The position numbers and the translations under genes were made by a program. A stretch of DNA of 63,928 nucleotides, counting the filler, from Chiloscyllium plagiosum (lineage: Eukaryota), in the NCBI RefSeq assembly GCF_004010195.1. It is 5 parts of one record of this genome, joined end to end, with 100 filler letters (N's around TTAATTAATTAA, not from the genome) between each part and the next. Parts side by side here need not be neighbours in the genome. Positions count along the whole stretch, not along the records: positions 36,714 to 51,641 come from NC_057710.1; 4 more parts are not named here. One strand, written 5' to 3'. How positions within the stretch are numbered: the first letter of the stretch is position 1; each line of letters opens with the position of its first letter. This document shows positions 38,250 to 50,147 of the stretch, piece after piece. A model generated the notes under the pieces. That model searched no databases. It was not told the DNA's origin and saw nothing but the letters and a program-made list of their open reading frames with translations.

Positions 38250-40195
38250 CATCAGAGCAAAATTGAAAGTTGATTGGTGTGTGTACAAGTATCTGAACTA
38301 ACTCCCCACTTACAGGAGAGTTGTGCAAAAAGCTCGATAATAGAAAAAGAAGTGCAGATACTAGTGAGAGCAATAGTTCCTCAGAGGAATATAACAGGAG
38401 TCAAGTTCATGTCTCAGCTGCTCAAGTGGGAGCAGGAGGGTGTAGGAGGAATGTATGAAAATGGAGAATGTGATAGGAGATTTTATAGTTAGCAATACAG
38501 ACGAGCATTTCTGCAGCCCATAACCATGATTCCAGGATGGGATGGTGCCTCCCTTGTGCCAAAGTTAAAGATGGTCATTCTTTTGTAGAAGGGTGAACTG
38601 GCAGAGTCATGGTTCACTTGTTACAAATAGCAATACGGATGAGGTAATGAAAGTGGAGTTGAGGGAACTAGGCGATTGATTGAAAAGCAGAACTTCAAGG
38701 CATTAATCCCAGGATTATTTCCAGTACGATCTGCTCAACAAGGTTGAGTGAGTGTACACGTAGCTAAATAAATTGTGTAGGATGGTAGGCTTTAGATTTC
38801 CTGGGCACTGAGACCTGTACAAGGAGGATTCAAACTTGCTTGCCAGGGGAATGGAAATCCAAGGGGAAATTCAGATAGGAGAAAAATAATGCTGACTATG
38901 GGAAGTGGAAAGGTAGTAAATAAAAGTGAAAGGCAGCAAGAACAAATGCTAATGTAGAAAATGGAATAATAGAATCCTAGAACTTTACAGTACAGAAGGA
39001 GGACATTGAATCCATCACATCTGCATTGGCTTCTAGCTCGAGTTTGAGAGTGTTAGAAGATAGAATAATGTTATAAAATGCAGAATTAATAGTACTTTAT
39101 CTGAATGCACATAGCATTCACAAGGTAGATAAATTGATTGCAAAAACTGAAGTAAATGCTTACCATCTTATTGCAGAGCTATGGCTGAAGAGTGACCAAG
39201 GCTGGGATTTGAATATTGGGCCTTTTGGAAAGACATGTAAAAAGGACAAGGGGATAAAGTAACACTGTTAATAGGGAATGGGATCAATGCACTAGTGAGA
39301 GAGGGTCTTGGATTGGCAGAACAAAATTTAGAATCTGTTTGGGTGGGACTGAGGATTTCAGAATTCAGCTAAGGTGGGCAAAGAAATTGATCAAGGGAGA
39401 ATCGAATAAAAATTTTAAACTATCAAGTAACATCAAAAAAGGCTAAAAATTTCTATAACTAGGTAAAAATGAAAAGATCAGCAATGACATATGTGGGTCC
39501 ATTGTGGGCAGAGAAAACAACATTTAAATTGAGAAATGATAAAATGGCAGAGTACCTAAATAATCACCTTGTATCAAACTCCATGAAGGAAGATATGAGA
39601 AACTCGTGGAAAAGAAAATGTGAGATCCAAGAGATTAGTAAGAATGAGGAACTGAAAGAACTAACGGCTAGTAAAAAGGTAATAAAAAGATAAAATTAAT
39701 GAGACTAAAACTTGACAAATCCCCAGTTCAGAAGATCTAAATCTTGGAGTTGAAAAAGGTGGTTATAGGTCTAATGGATTCATTAGTGATCACCTTTTAT
39801 GAATCTATAGATTCTGAAATGGTGCCTGCACATCAGAAGGGTGCAAATTTCACCCTGCTATTTAAGAGGAAAGAGAGGAAGAAAGCAGGGAAAGATCAAC
39901 CTGTTTGTGTGACATCATATGAGAATCCATTTCAAAGGATGTGCCACTCGGATAACCTAGGAAATAAAAACTTTTGATTGGGTCAACATGGATTTATGTA
40001 GGGAAAATAATGTCTAACAAAAATAACAATTTTATTTAAAGGTGTTACTAGAAGAATAATAAGGGGGAACCAGCAGATGTGGTGTATTTGGATTTTTAGA
40101 AGGCTTTCAATAAAGGCTCACACAGGAAATTAGTTAACAAATTTAAAGCACATGGAATAGTGGATAAAATACTGGTGTGGGCTGAGGATTGGTGA
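38250..40195 (+). mobile_element. Old CR1 LINE (esterase ORF1 remnant, endonuclease, RT)
   Basis: Degenerate CLPCAKVKD, LYLNAHSI, DKSP, QHGFM*GK*CL, VVYLDF*KAF. Confidence 0.75.
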
Positions 40196-40199
40196 ATCT

Positions 40200-41178
40200 C
40201 AAAATCCAATGATGACTCACAAGTGAATGGCATTCTTTGCCTGACTTTTAGGATTTTGTAGTGCATGTATTCGTTAGCCTTCCTGAACAAGGTTTTTGTC
40301 GTTTCCTTGATGCAATGGGGAGTTGTTGACTGGAATATCTCATACATGCCCCCAATAAATCCCTAAAAAGACCCAAATGCATAAAAATTGAGTAACTTCT
40401 GGATCACGAGTACGAGGCATCCATAAAAGTCACTGGATCTCACTGTATTTTGAAGCATGACAAATATTCCATGCTTAATAATGTAGTTCAGATCTGCAGT
40501 GATCATTGAACTGGATGATGACTCCAGTAGTCTCTTTGTTGTGGATGTTCCTTTCTTGCTTCTGAGGCCTGCTATTGCTCCACTAATGTAGGATCACTGT
40601 CTTTCACAGGTGTCACCTCACTCTGTCTTCTTTTGAGCTACTACTGTACAACATGTAGGATTATAAAGATGGAGCAGACTAGTCCTTTGCCTTTGGGTCT
40701 CTCTCCCTCTCATTGATTATTCTTGAAACACATCCATGCCTTTGTTATCTTTATCTTGCCCCTCAAATGCTCTGTGAATGCATCAACAGCCTCTCTTTAT
40801 CCATTTTGCCATCTCTGCAGCATCTCTTTGCCACATTTGCAGTCAGTGGAGCATCACTGTCAAACAATGTCTGCTGAACACCACATTCTTTCCTGATTTC
40901 ACTGTTTTCTGTCCCTGCTTTCCCAGAGCAATACAGAGGTCTTCCCTGGTACTACCACCTCTCTGCACAGGGTCCAGATTACAACACATTAGAACACAGA
41001 TTAGAGATAATCCATTTGTATCTGTAACAAAGTGTGAAATCTCCTGTTACATTGCCAGGAGTACCATGCAAAATCACGTTACGTGCAGTTACAACTTCTG
41101 AGTGAACTTGTGCCACCATGATTTTTTTTATCTGCACGTCTCTCGAATTATCAGTTTGCGGAGCATAAAATCCAACCT
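40200..41178 (-). mobile_element. Harbinger/PIF DNA transposon relic (HARBI1-like transposase fragment)
   Basis: Minus strand at about 40425-40255 reads VIQKLLNFYAFGSF*GFIGGMYEIFQSTTPHCIKETTKTLFRKANEYMHY. This resembles the Harbinger HTH segment (L.FYA.GSFQ...GD..GISQS....CI..VT.AL). A possible TIR-like end lies near 41160-41178; the outer boundary is uncertain. Confidence 0.65.
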
Positions 41179-43497
41179 ATTGACTAATTGCTTGTAAATC
41201 AGCTTGTTAATATCCACAGGTTATCATATAAATATCTTACATTGTTGTGACCATTCTGAACAAATGTTTTGCTCGATTTCTTTTCAATAAGCTAATGCAT
41301 ACTTCAGAACTACATTATCAAGTATAAAATGATGGAGATGACCCAATTTCAGCTCAGCAGGGGGAATGGTAGTGGTCTACAAACACTCAACATTAGCTCC
41401 AGATTAAAGGAAGTCCGATTTATGAGGGATAAATATGAATTTCTGTAGTGAACATTCAAAAGGACACATTCTTGTAAACCAAAATGGAATTCTGATGTCC
41501 ATTGATCTTCTGTTTTCTACCAATGCACATAGACCTACGAGAACACAGAGATAATCTTTATAGCTAGACAACTCTTGATGATGTCATTAAAATATGCATG
41601 ATCTTTCTGGTCATATCATTGAGAAATCATTAAGGGCAAACAATCCCTTCAGGGGTTAATGGCTTCATTTCTCCAAATAATTTGTAGAAATTGATTTTAG
41701 AATTGATCGTTCCAGGCATTTGATCAGCATGGACGGGTTGGACCGCAGGGTCTGTTTCCATGCTGTACATTTCTATGACTCTATGGCTTCAAATTTCATG
41801 TCCAGAATGTGGGTGTGTAAAACTGTCAAGCTAGGCCATTGATGAGTGGTACTCAGACTCCGTTTTCTGACATTAAACTAATTATTAGAAAGCATTTGTG
41901 AGGACATTGGAAAGAGATGCTGTGGTCACATTTCTGATAAAGTGATATGAATAAAGCATTTTGGGATTGGAGATGGCCAGCAATATCAGAAGAGAAAAGG
42001 TTTCATCTAAGCTCAGCCAACGGACCACCACATAAAGGCAGAAACCCCAAGCTGACTTGAACTCTGTGCCCGAGGAACTGTGCAGGAGCTTCACTGAAGA
42101 CCTTCATTATAGCACCATGACTAAAATGGGATAAGAGAAAACTGACAGAACATTTAATAGACAAGAATGGATAGCAGACCCGCATCTTTTCAAGTCTTTT
42201 CCTCAGGGAAAAGCAAGTGCAGCACACTTTGTTTTAACTCTCGTTAAACTTGCAAAAATTATATGTCTCATATACCACAAAGTTTACTGTATTATTCTAA
42301 CCAGTTATTATAGTTTTTAAATTTATTTACCTCAACATAGATGCACTTGCTTTTCAATTAAGTGGCGACAGGAAATATCAACTCAATTTCAAATCAATTT
42401 CTCCTCAAATATTGCAATCTACCATGATGTCCGAGTATTCCGTTGAGGGTATGAGTGCGAAGGTTCTCTGTGGTTAAGTTTTGTTTAAGCCCAAATTGTA
42501 TTATTATTTAAGTGATTTATGCTGTAAATACAGTATAACAGTAATGTATATAACTTCTGCATTACGTTTCTATAATGTGTGTGTTTTTACATTGATTACA
42601 TGGACCTCTTGATCAATAGGCAGACTCCTGGTCCCAAAAATGTAGGTTAATAACACGTTGCACTACAATAGAGTACTCACACAATCATAAACACATTATA
42701 CTTTTATAATAACAACTTTTGGTATTTTGGTTAAATTGCTACATTCCTAGATGCAGTGCCTTTCCAGAAAACTTGAAAATTCAGAACAGTTGTGTCACTT
42801 TCCAAATATTTTATTTGTATCTTTGCTTTTTAAACCTTTATATATGCCATATATAAACTGCTTATAAGTTGAGCTATTGTGCAACTCAAGTTGGTTCTAA
42901 TACTGCAGACAGGACAAATGACCTAAGATTATTATTGGCTGCATTTGTAGACAAATTGTCGCAAAAAGAACAATGGCAAACAGATACTCTTTGGCAACAT
43001 TTGGTCTTTACTAACAACAGATACAGCTATTAGCTAAAGGTCTTTGAAAGATATCCAATTAATTATGGGATTAAGTCAAAGTTAAACAATGATCATTTCT
43101 GTGGTTTCAAGATATGGCCCAATATCTCACGTCATTGATGGAGTATGTCTGAGACCTATGTTAATAAATGGTGTAAAATCAAAGATGGTAAACATTATCT
43201 AATTTAGCCAGATAATCAAGCTCTAATTCTTTTTTCCCTAAGTAATATTAATCATATCCAAATGTGAAAGCATGTTATTTTTACTTTAAAACTGTTCACA
43301 AATCATTCCTTTTTTCTAATCCAGTTTTAGGAAGCAAACTGATGCTTATTGATGTTGTTATAAAGATTCAGAATACATGACTATAATTTGAGAACTTAGA
43401 TTCAAAAGTGTGAGAAAAATAGATTTTAGAAAATCTGAGCCTTTCTTAAAAGGTTGGTAAGTCATTTTGAGCATTGAGTTCAAAAGAGCTCAATAAA

Positions 43498-43803
43498 TGG
43501 GTGGCACATAGGCTCAGTGGTTAACCCTGCTGTCTCACAGCACCAGGGTCCTGGGTTCAATTCCAACCTTGGGTGACTTTCTGTGTGGAGTTTGCATATT
43601 CTCCACACGTCTGTGCGGGTTCCCACAAGGTGCTTCAGTTTCCTCCCACGGTCCAAAGATGTGCTGGTTAGGTGAATTGGGCGTGCTAAATTGCCCATAG
43701 TGGAGGTGCATTAGACAGAAGGAAACAGGTGGGCTACTCTTCAGAGGGTTGGTACGAGCGTGTTGGGTCGAAGAGCCTGTTTCCACACTGTAGGGAATCT
43801 AAT
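43498..43803 (+). mobile_element. tRNA-derived V-SINE (HE1-like)
   Basis: Head gggtggcacataggctcagtggtt, B box ggttcaattcc, V-domain, tail gtttccacactgtagggaatctaatc. Confidence 0.88.
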
Positions 43804-44184
43804 CAAGTCATGTGATTTCAGTCCATTGGCCAGAATGACCCAGGCTACCTCAGGAAATAATGGCAAAGGTGTTTGCTGACTTGATTTTTACGACACAGAA
43901 ACAGAGACATAAAAAAATCAGGGAGTAGAGGCTCCTAAACAGGAGAGGTTTCCAATCAGTCAGGGTTGTGGAAAAGTCCAAAGATACTTAGGAGACAGTG
44001 AGAAGAAAGCTGTAGAAGTAGAAGCTGTGGAGGGAGGGTGGTCAGAGAAGAAGATGGCTGATGTTGACATGAACTTAGGGAAACCATGCTTTAAAAATAG
44101 CAAGCTGAGTTAGCAGTTTTTTTTAAGGTTCTTGGGGAGAAACTTTAGCTGAAAGAAGTAGCATCTAGCAAATGTGCAGAAATT

Positions 44185-44470
44185 TGATTAGATTAGATTA
44201 CCTACAGTGTGGAAACAGACCCTTCGGCCCAACAAGTCCACACCACCCCGCCGAAGCGCAACCACCCAGACCCATTCCCCTACATCCACCCCTTCACCTA
44301 ACACTAGGGGCAATTTAGCATGGCCAATTCACCTAACCTGCACATTTCTGGACTGTGGGAGGAAACCGGAGCACCCGGGGGAAACCCACGCAGACACAGG
44401 GAGAATGTGCAAACTCCACACAGTCAGTCGCCTGAGGCGGGAATTGAACCCGGGTCTCTGGCATTGTGAG
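44185..44470 (-). mobile_element. 5'-truncated V-SINE (HE1-like)
   Basis: Reverse complement of the V-domain and tail (gattagattagattacctacagtgtggaaacag). Confidence 0.88.
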
Positions 44471-45719
44471 ATCATTCCAATCATTCTTGTATAGTAGAAT
44501 GTAGTTCATGTTTTTAATTTGTGTAATGAACTTCTGTTTTCTTTCAGTTGAAGTACATTGACAGCCTCTTGTGAATATGTTCAATGACTGATGTCCACAA
44601 TGAATGAAAAGAAAAATAAAACTTATGCTCTGTCAAGCCAGGTATCACTCTAGAATCAGACTTGTCTAGGGTTATAATCCTATCATAAGATGGGGTCTTA
44701 ACAACGTGTGATTCCAATTGGCCATTACTCGTGGATGGGTTCAATGAATCACGTAGCAGGTTGTTAAGCACTTGAATTCCATTCTAATTATATCTGAGAT
44801 CTGATTTGACAAAAACAATAACGATTAAAATAAAAAGTGAAACAAAAAATCTGAATTTTTGAAAATATTCATAAAGTCTGTCAGCATCTGCGAATAGAGA
44901 CATTGGGTCAATATTATAAGTTTCTGACTTTCCAAGGACATTTGCATTTCCACAGTTTCTAGATTTTCTGCTGTTAAAAAAAAGCTCAGTTGTATGCTTT
45001 TCAAGTCCAAAGAAAATGACTTCACATTTAAGAACTTTTTTTTATTCACTTAATCGGTTAGTATATAATTGTAATTGCATCTTGCAGAACTGCCCTATCT
45101 TTGATTCATGTAATATGGGCTTTCTATCCCAAATCATCAACACTTACAATAGTTGAGGTACCAAAAAAGATCCTTTAATACCCCACTGGTCACTTCCTGC
45201 CAATTAGAGTAATTCCTTCACTTGATGGTTACAAATGTCTAAGCCAGGTTAATGATTCCATGAGCTTCAACTTCAGATAAGGGCTAAATCTTACATTTTC
45301 TTAGCCAAGTCCAAGTTGTATAGAGTTTTTTATAGGGCTTGTTGCTGTGAGTCCAAGCAAATTCATGTAACTTATCAAACTCACCTCATTAATTACTTAC
45401 CATCTTTAGTGGGATCTGTCAAGTCTGATTTCCACCCCATCTTACCATGTGCCATTCCAGCAGTAACTTGTCACTCAGCAGATATCCAGGAATTAATTGG
45501 GATCACTTGTTCCCGTGCCATCTTTAAAAGGTTGTGCACTTGGACAAGTGCTGTCACTCTGCTGATATTTGCCTTGGACATGGCAAACATGGGGTTATTG
45601 GTGCCCTGCTTTATGGGCACATTCCGAGAGATCTTGCTAGCTGGTGCCAACGTGGGAAATCCTCCTTTTCCCAGGACCATCATGCCAGCCTGGTCCAAGG
45701 TTGCCACCAGGTTAGAGCA

Positions 45720-46750
45720 GTCTCAGATATCTGAAGGAAGGCACAGCACTGGAGGAAAACACAACCTCATCACCACAGGAGATCTCCCACCCTTAGCTTC
45801 CAACCTCATAGTTCGGAAACCCTGCACTGCCCGATTCTACCTGCTTCTTCCTGGAGAAAGGAGGTCAATTCCTACGGAATGCAGATAGGGGTGGGGAGAA
45901 AAATTTTTGGTAGTGGGACATTCCATAGGGACCATTCCCTCTGTGACTCCCTCATTAGGTCCATACTCCCCCAAACAAAACCCTGTCCACACCCGGCACC
46001 TTCCCCTACCATTGTAAGAAGTAGAAAACCTGCACCCGCACCTTCCCCCCTCACCTTTGTCCCAGGGCTCATAGGATCTTTCCAAATTTGACAGAGATTT
46101 ACTTGTACATCCTCCAGCCTACTGCATCCACTGCTCTTGATATGATCTCCTCCAAATTAGAGAGACCGAGCACAGACTCTCAGAATGGTTCAGCGAGCAT
46201 CTCTAGTCTGTATGCACCAACCAACTCCACCTTCCTGTGGCCATCCACTTCAACTCCCCCTCCCATTCCCCTGAGGACATATCTATTCTGGGCCTCCTCC
46301 ATCACCTAAACAAGGCCACCCGCAAACTGGAGGAGGAACACCTCATCTTCCATCTTACAACCACATGGCATAAAAATTCACCAGGCATAAAAATCTTCTC
46401 TCCCCCCACCCCATCCCAGATCCAACCTCCAACTCAGATCTGCCCTCTTGACCTCTCCTACCTGTCCATCTTCCTTCCCACCGAACCGCTCCACACTTCC
46501 CACTGACCTATCACAATCACCTCCTACCTTTACCCAAATATCATCATCCCACCTACCCTTCCCCTAGCCCCATCTCACCTCTCCCCATTTATCTCTCAGC
46601 CCCCTTCCCCCTTCCCAATCCTGAAGAAAGGTCCTGCCCAAAATGTTGACTCTTTCTCCTCGGATGCTGCTTGACCTGCTGTGCTTTTTCCAGCTCCACT
46701 CTTTATTAACTCTGACTCTGCAGCATCGGCAGTCCTCCCTTTCTCCCTGT
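45720..46750 (+). mobile_element. Penelope-like element, internally deleted
   Basis: GDLPPLASNLIVRKPCTARFYLL (RT N-terminal part); AIHFNSPSHSPEDISILGL...RKLEEEHLIFHL (GIY-YIG); terminal repeat cctgaagaaaggtcctgcccaaaatgttgac. Confidence 0.82.
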
Positions 46751-46949
46751 TGACAACCTTCCTAACTGTCCTTTTCTTTGTTTGTTTGCAAGACAGCAAT
46801 GATATGGTGTCTCTGGCTGAGGGGGAAGAATGCAAAAAAGCAAGCAATGCGGGTCAGGGATACTGCAGGTATATCAAAATAAGTGAATTATATGAGAGTG
46901 AGCAAAGATCCTAGAGATGCAGCCATGTCCAGTCAATTAGGAAGGTGCT

Positions 46950-47225
46950 GGTCTAATGGGTTTGTCACTGGACCGGTAATCCAGAATCTCTGGTGTGTTC
47001 AACTCCTACCCTAAGCAGATTGTGAAATTTGAATTCAGTAAAAATAGGAATATAAAAAATGACAGTGTCAGTGTGCCCATGGAACCATTGCTATTAAAAA
47101 CCCATTTGTTTGTGAATCTTACCTGAACTCGCTTCTATGTGACTCCAGGCCCATAGCACTCTTGGCTGCCCTCTGGGCAATAAATACTGGCCCAGCTAAC
47201 AATGCCATATCTAATGGACAATCCT
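46950..47225 (+). mobile_element. tRNA-like-headed SINE (SacSINE1/Deu-SINE-like; family name tentative)
   Basis: gtcactggaccggtaatccaga...gttcaactcc head; core aaaaacccat...cttacctg...tgtgactccagg; tail gggcaataaatactggcccagc. Confidence 0.65.
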
Positions 47226-47449
47226 TTTGTTTAAAATGAGCTGAGTGTTCTCAGAGGCTGACATATGTCAAATGCCAATTCCCAGGAACATGGGCATGTG
47301 TGTAGATAGTGCCCATGAACTGTGCTCTGAAGTTTTTTCTGTAACCACTGTGGAGGCTGTTTGGAGCAGTCAGTGAGCTGAATCCACCAGGTGCTCAACT
47401 TGGTTCCCTTGTTCAGTTTCCCTGACATCAAGCTGATTCATAAAGCTAT

Positions 47450-47812
47450 AGAGTCATAGAATCAAACAACGCAAAAACAGATCTTTCAGACCAACTCGTC
47501 CATGCAGATCAGTCATCACAATCTGACCTAGTCCCATTTGCCAGCGTTTGGCCCATATCCCTCCAAACCCTTTCTATTCATATACCCATCCAAATGCCTT
47601 TTAAATGTTGTAATTGTACCAGCCTCCACCACTTCCTCTGGCAGCTCATTCCATACACGTACCATTCTCCGTGTGAAAAGATTACCCCTCAGGTCCTTTT
47701 TAAATTTTTACCCTCTCATCTTAAACCTATGTCCTCTACTTTTGGACTCCCTCACCCTGGGAAAAATACCTTGGCTATTCACCCTATCTATGACCTTCAT
47801 GATTTTGTAAAC
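47450..47812 (-). mobile_element. CR1 3' end
   Basis: Reverse complement of the CR1 tail (atagagtcatag...ggcccatatccctccaaaccc). Confidence 0.88.
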
Positions 47813-48749
47813 ATCTCTTGGTAAGATGTGAGGTTGAAGATTAATGAGATGATTTGTTGTATTAATAAGGAATTTAATAAGTATTAATTCCTGTCAATTG
47901 ACATCTGGCTGCTGCCTAGCGAGAATATCATCCTGTCAAATGTTAAAAGTCATAACAGATGAAACGTGATGGGCCTCACCATAACTTGTCATCTGATTCC
48001 ACCACACATCTAGAATTCTGACACATCTCAGATTCCACCATAACAGTCTATTAAATATCTTCTGAAAGCTCGTGACAATAACATCAATGGATAGTCCCCT
48101 GCCCATGACTTCAGATACCCCTTCAAGGATCTAATCGTATTCACCAAGTATGATCTAACCTTTTACAGATGGATACTAGTTCTTTCTGATCAACCAAAAG
48201 TTTTCAAGGTGTTCAGTCACTGTGTCTTAAATTAAAAACTCCACTAAAGCACCAAAGACAGATGCAGGGCTAACTTGTCTATAATTTCCTAGTTCTCTTT
48301 CTGACCTTTCTTAAGTAGCCAAGTGACAAGTGTAATTTTCTAATCCAGAATTGATCTTGTTTGTTTGGTTGTTACTCTGCCCTAAAATGCTGTTGGAACA
48401 ATGAGAACCTCGACTATAAAACAATTTGCATGACTATGCTATTCTATAAAGGTGTCCACAGCCAGAACCTCCTGTCATTGATATCAGTTAAATCAATGTT
48501 GGTAATGAAGAGCTGAAGGATCATTTGAAAAGTGAGCCCATTTACTTTCTCTCAGTCTGTCTGAGAGGATTCTAGTGTTTATCACATTTAGGTCTCTACG
48601 GGCACCTGGTTATATGAATTCTTTCGAAATTGTTGTTTCACTTACGTTTGTTTTTGTCAGGACCGTATGAATCAAGGTGGTTAAATAGAATTGCAACCTT
48701 TACTTTTCTCAATTTCTCAGTGCTCAGGTAGACAGCCTGTATTAGTGGA

Positions 48750-49600
48750 CATGATTTGGAGATGCCGGTGACCATCCTCCAAGGTGGACTTCGGGACAGG
48801 CAGCAGAGGAAAGTGACCGAGCAGAGGGTGATAGCTAAGTTCGGTACCCATAGGGAGGGCCTCAACCGGGACCTTGGGTTCATGTCACATTACAGGTGAT
48901 CACCATTGCACTACACACGCACAGATATTCCTACACACACACACACTCTCACATACACACAGACACAGGTACACACAGACACCCACACACACCCTTATAG
49001 GCACACACACTCCCACACTCACACATGCACCCCCTCACAGACTTAAGACACTATATTAAATGTATTCTTTCCCTCAACTGAATCAGGAATGTATAATGTA
49101 TGTTGATGTCAATAACGCATTTTAATGATAAAATTCAAAGCATTTATCCATTAGTTATTTGTATGGTGTAAATCCTAGAAGTTTTGTGTTGTGAAGGAAG
49201 GAGCAAGATTAATGCTTAGTAATCTCCACTAATACAAAGTTAAAATCACACAACACCAGGTTATAGACCAACAGGTTTAATTGGAAGCACACTAGCTTTC
49301 GGAGCGACGCTCCTTCAGCAGGTGATTGCGGAGGGCTCGATCGTAACACAGAATTTATTGCAAAAATTTGCAGTGTGATGTAACTGAAATTATACATTGA
49401 AAAATTGATTGTCTGTTAAGCCTTTCATCTGTTAGAATACAGTGAGAGTTTCACTTCTTTCATGTGTAAATCATAAAGCCTTTTTTTAAAGTTGCATTCT
49501 CGGGTTAGCTGTTAACAATGGTGATAGCTAGACAATATGTTGAAGGTTCTGGATCAGTAGTGCTGGAAGAGCACAGCAGTTCAGGCAGCATCCAACGAGC
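48750..49600. mobile_element. PLE fragments (family of the 18948 palindrome) including a CA-rich tract at about 48910-49040
   Basis: QRKVTEQRVIAKFGTHREGLNRDLGFMSHY (PLE C-terminus); terminal repeat aaaatcacacaacaccaggttata...ctagctttcggagcgacgctccttca. Confidence 0.75.
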
Positions 49601-50147
49601 AGCAAAATGTTCAACGAGGTAGCCTCAGCTGCTTCACTGGACAGGGAATTCCATATATTCACAACGCTTTGGGAAAAGTTCTTCCTCCACTCAGTCCTAA
49701 ATCTGCTCCCCCTTATTTTGAGGCTATGCCCCCTCATCCGAGTTTCACCAGCCAGTGGAAACAACCTCCCCGTTTCTATCTTATCTATTTCCTTCATAAT
49801 TCCCAAACCCATTGCTCTGACTGAAATATTTGGGGGACAGTGGTATGAAAACAACTTTTTCCTTAACAGCTGTTGTGGCAATCCTGATAACATAATACAT
49901 TTTTTTCCCCCACACTTGATATCTGGACCTGACCTGTCCTCTTCCTACCCTTGTGAACGTAAGACCATGAGAAATAGGAACAGGAATAAACCCCTCAATC
50001 CAGACCCTCAATCCCACTATTTTATAGGATCATAGCTATTCCGACATTCCTCATGTTCACTTTCCTGTGTAAGATGACTTGACCTACTTTCCAGTGAAAA
50101 ATTCAAATTTGTGGTTCCCTACACTTTTTTGACCAACAAACGTCTCC

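Noticed and set aside
45316..45888. 190-aa ORF
   Set aside because: It spans a junction between an unclassified repeat-like segment and a PLE fragment starting near 45720; no coherent domain.
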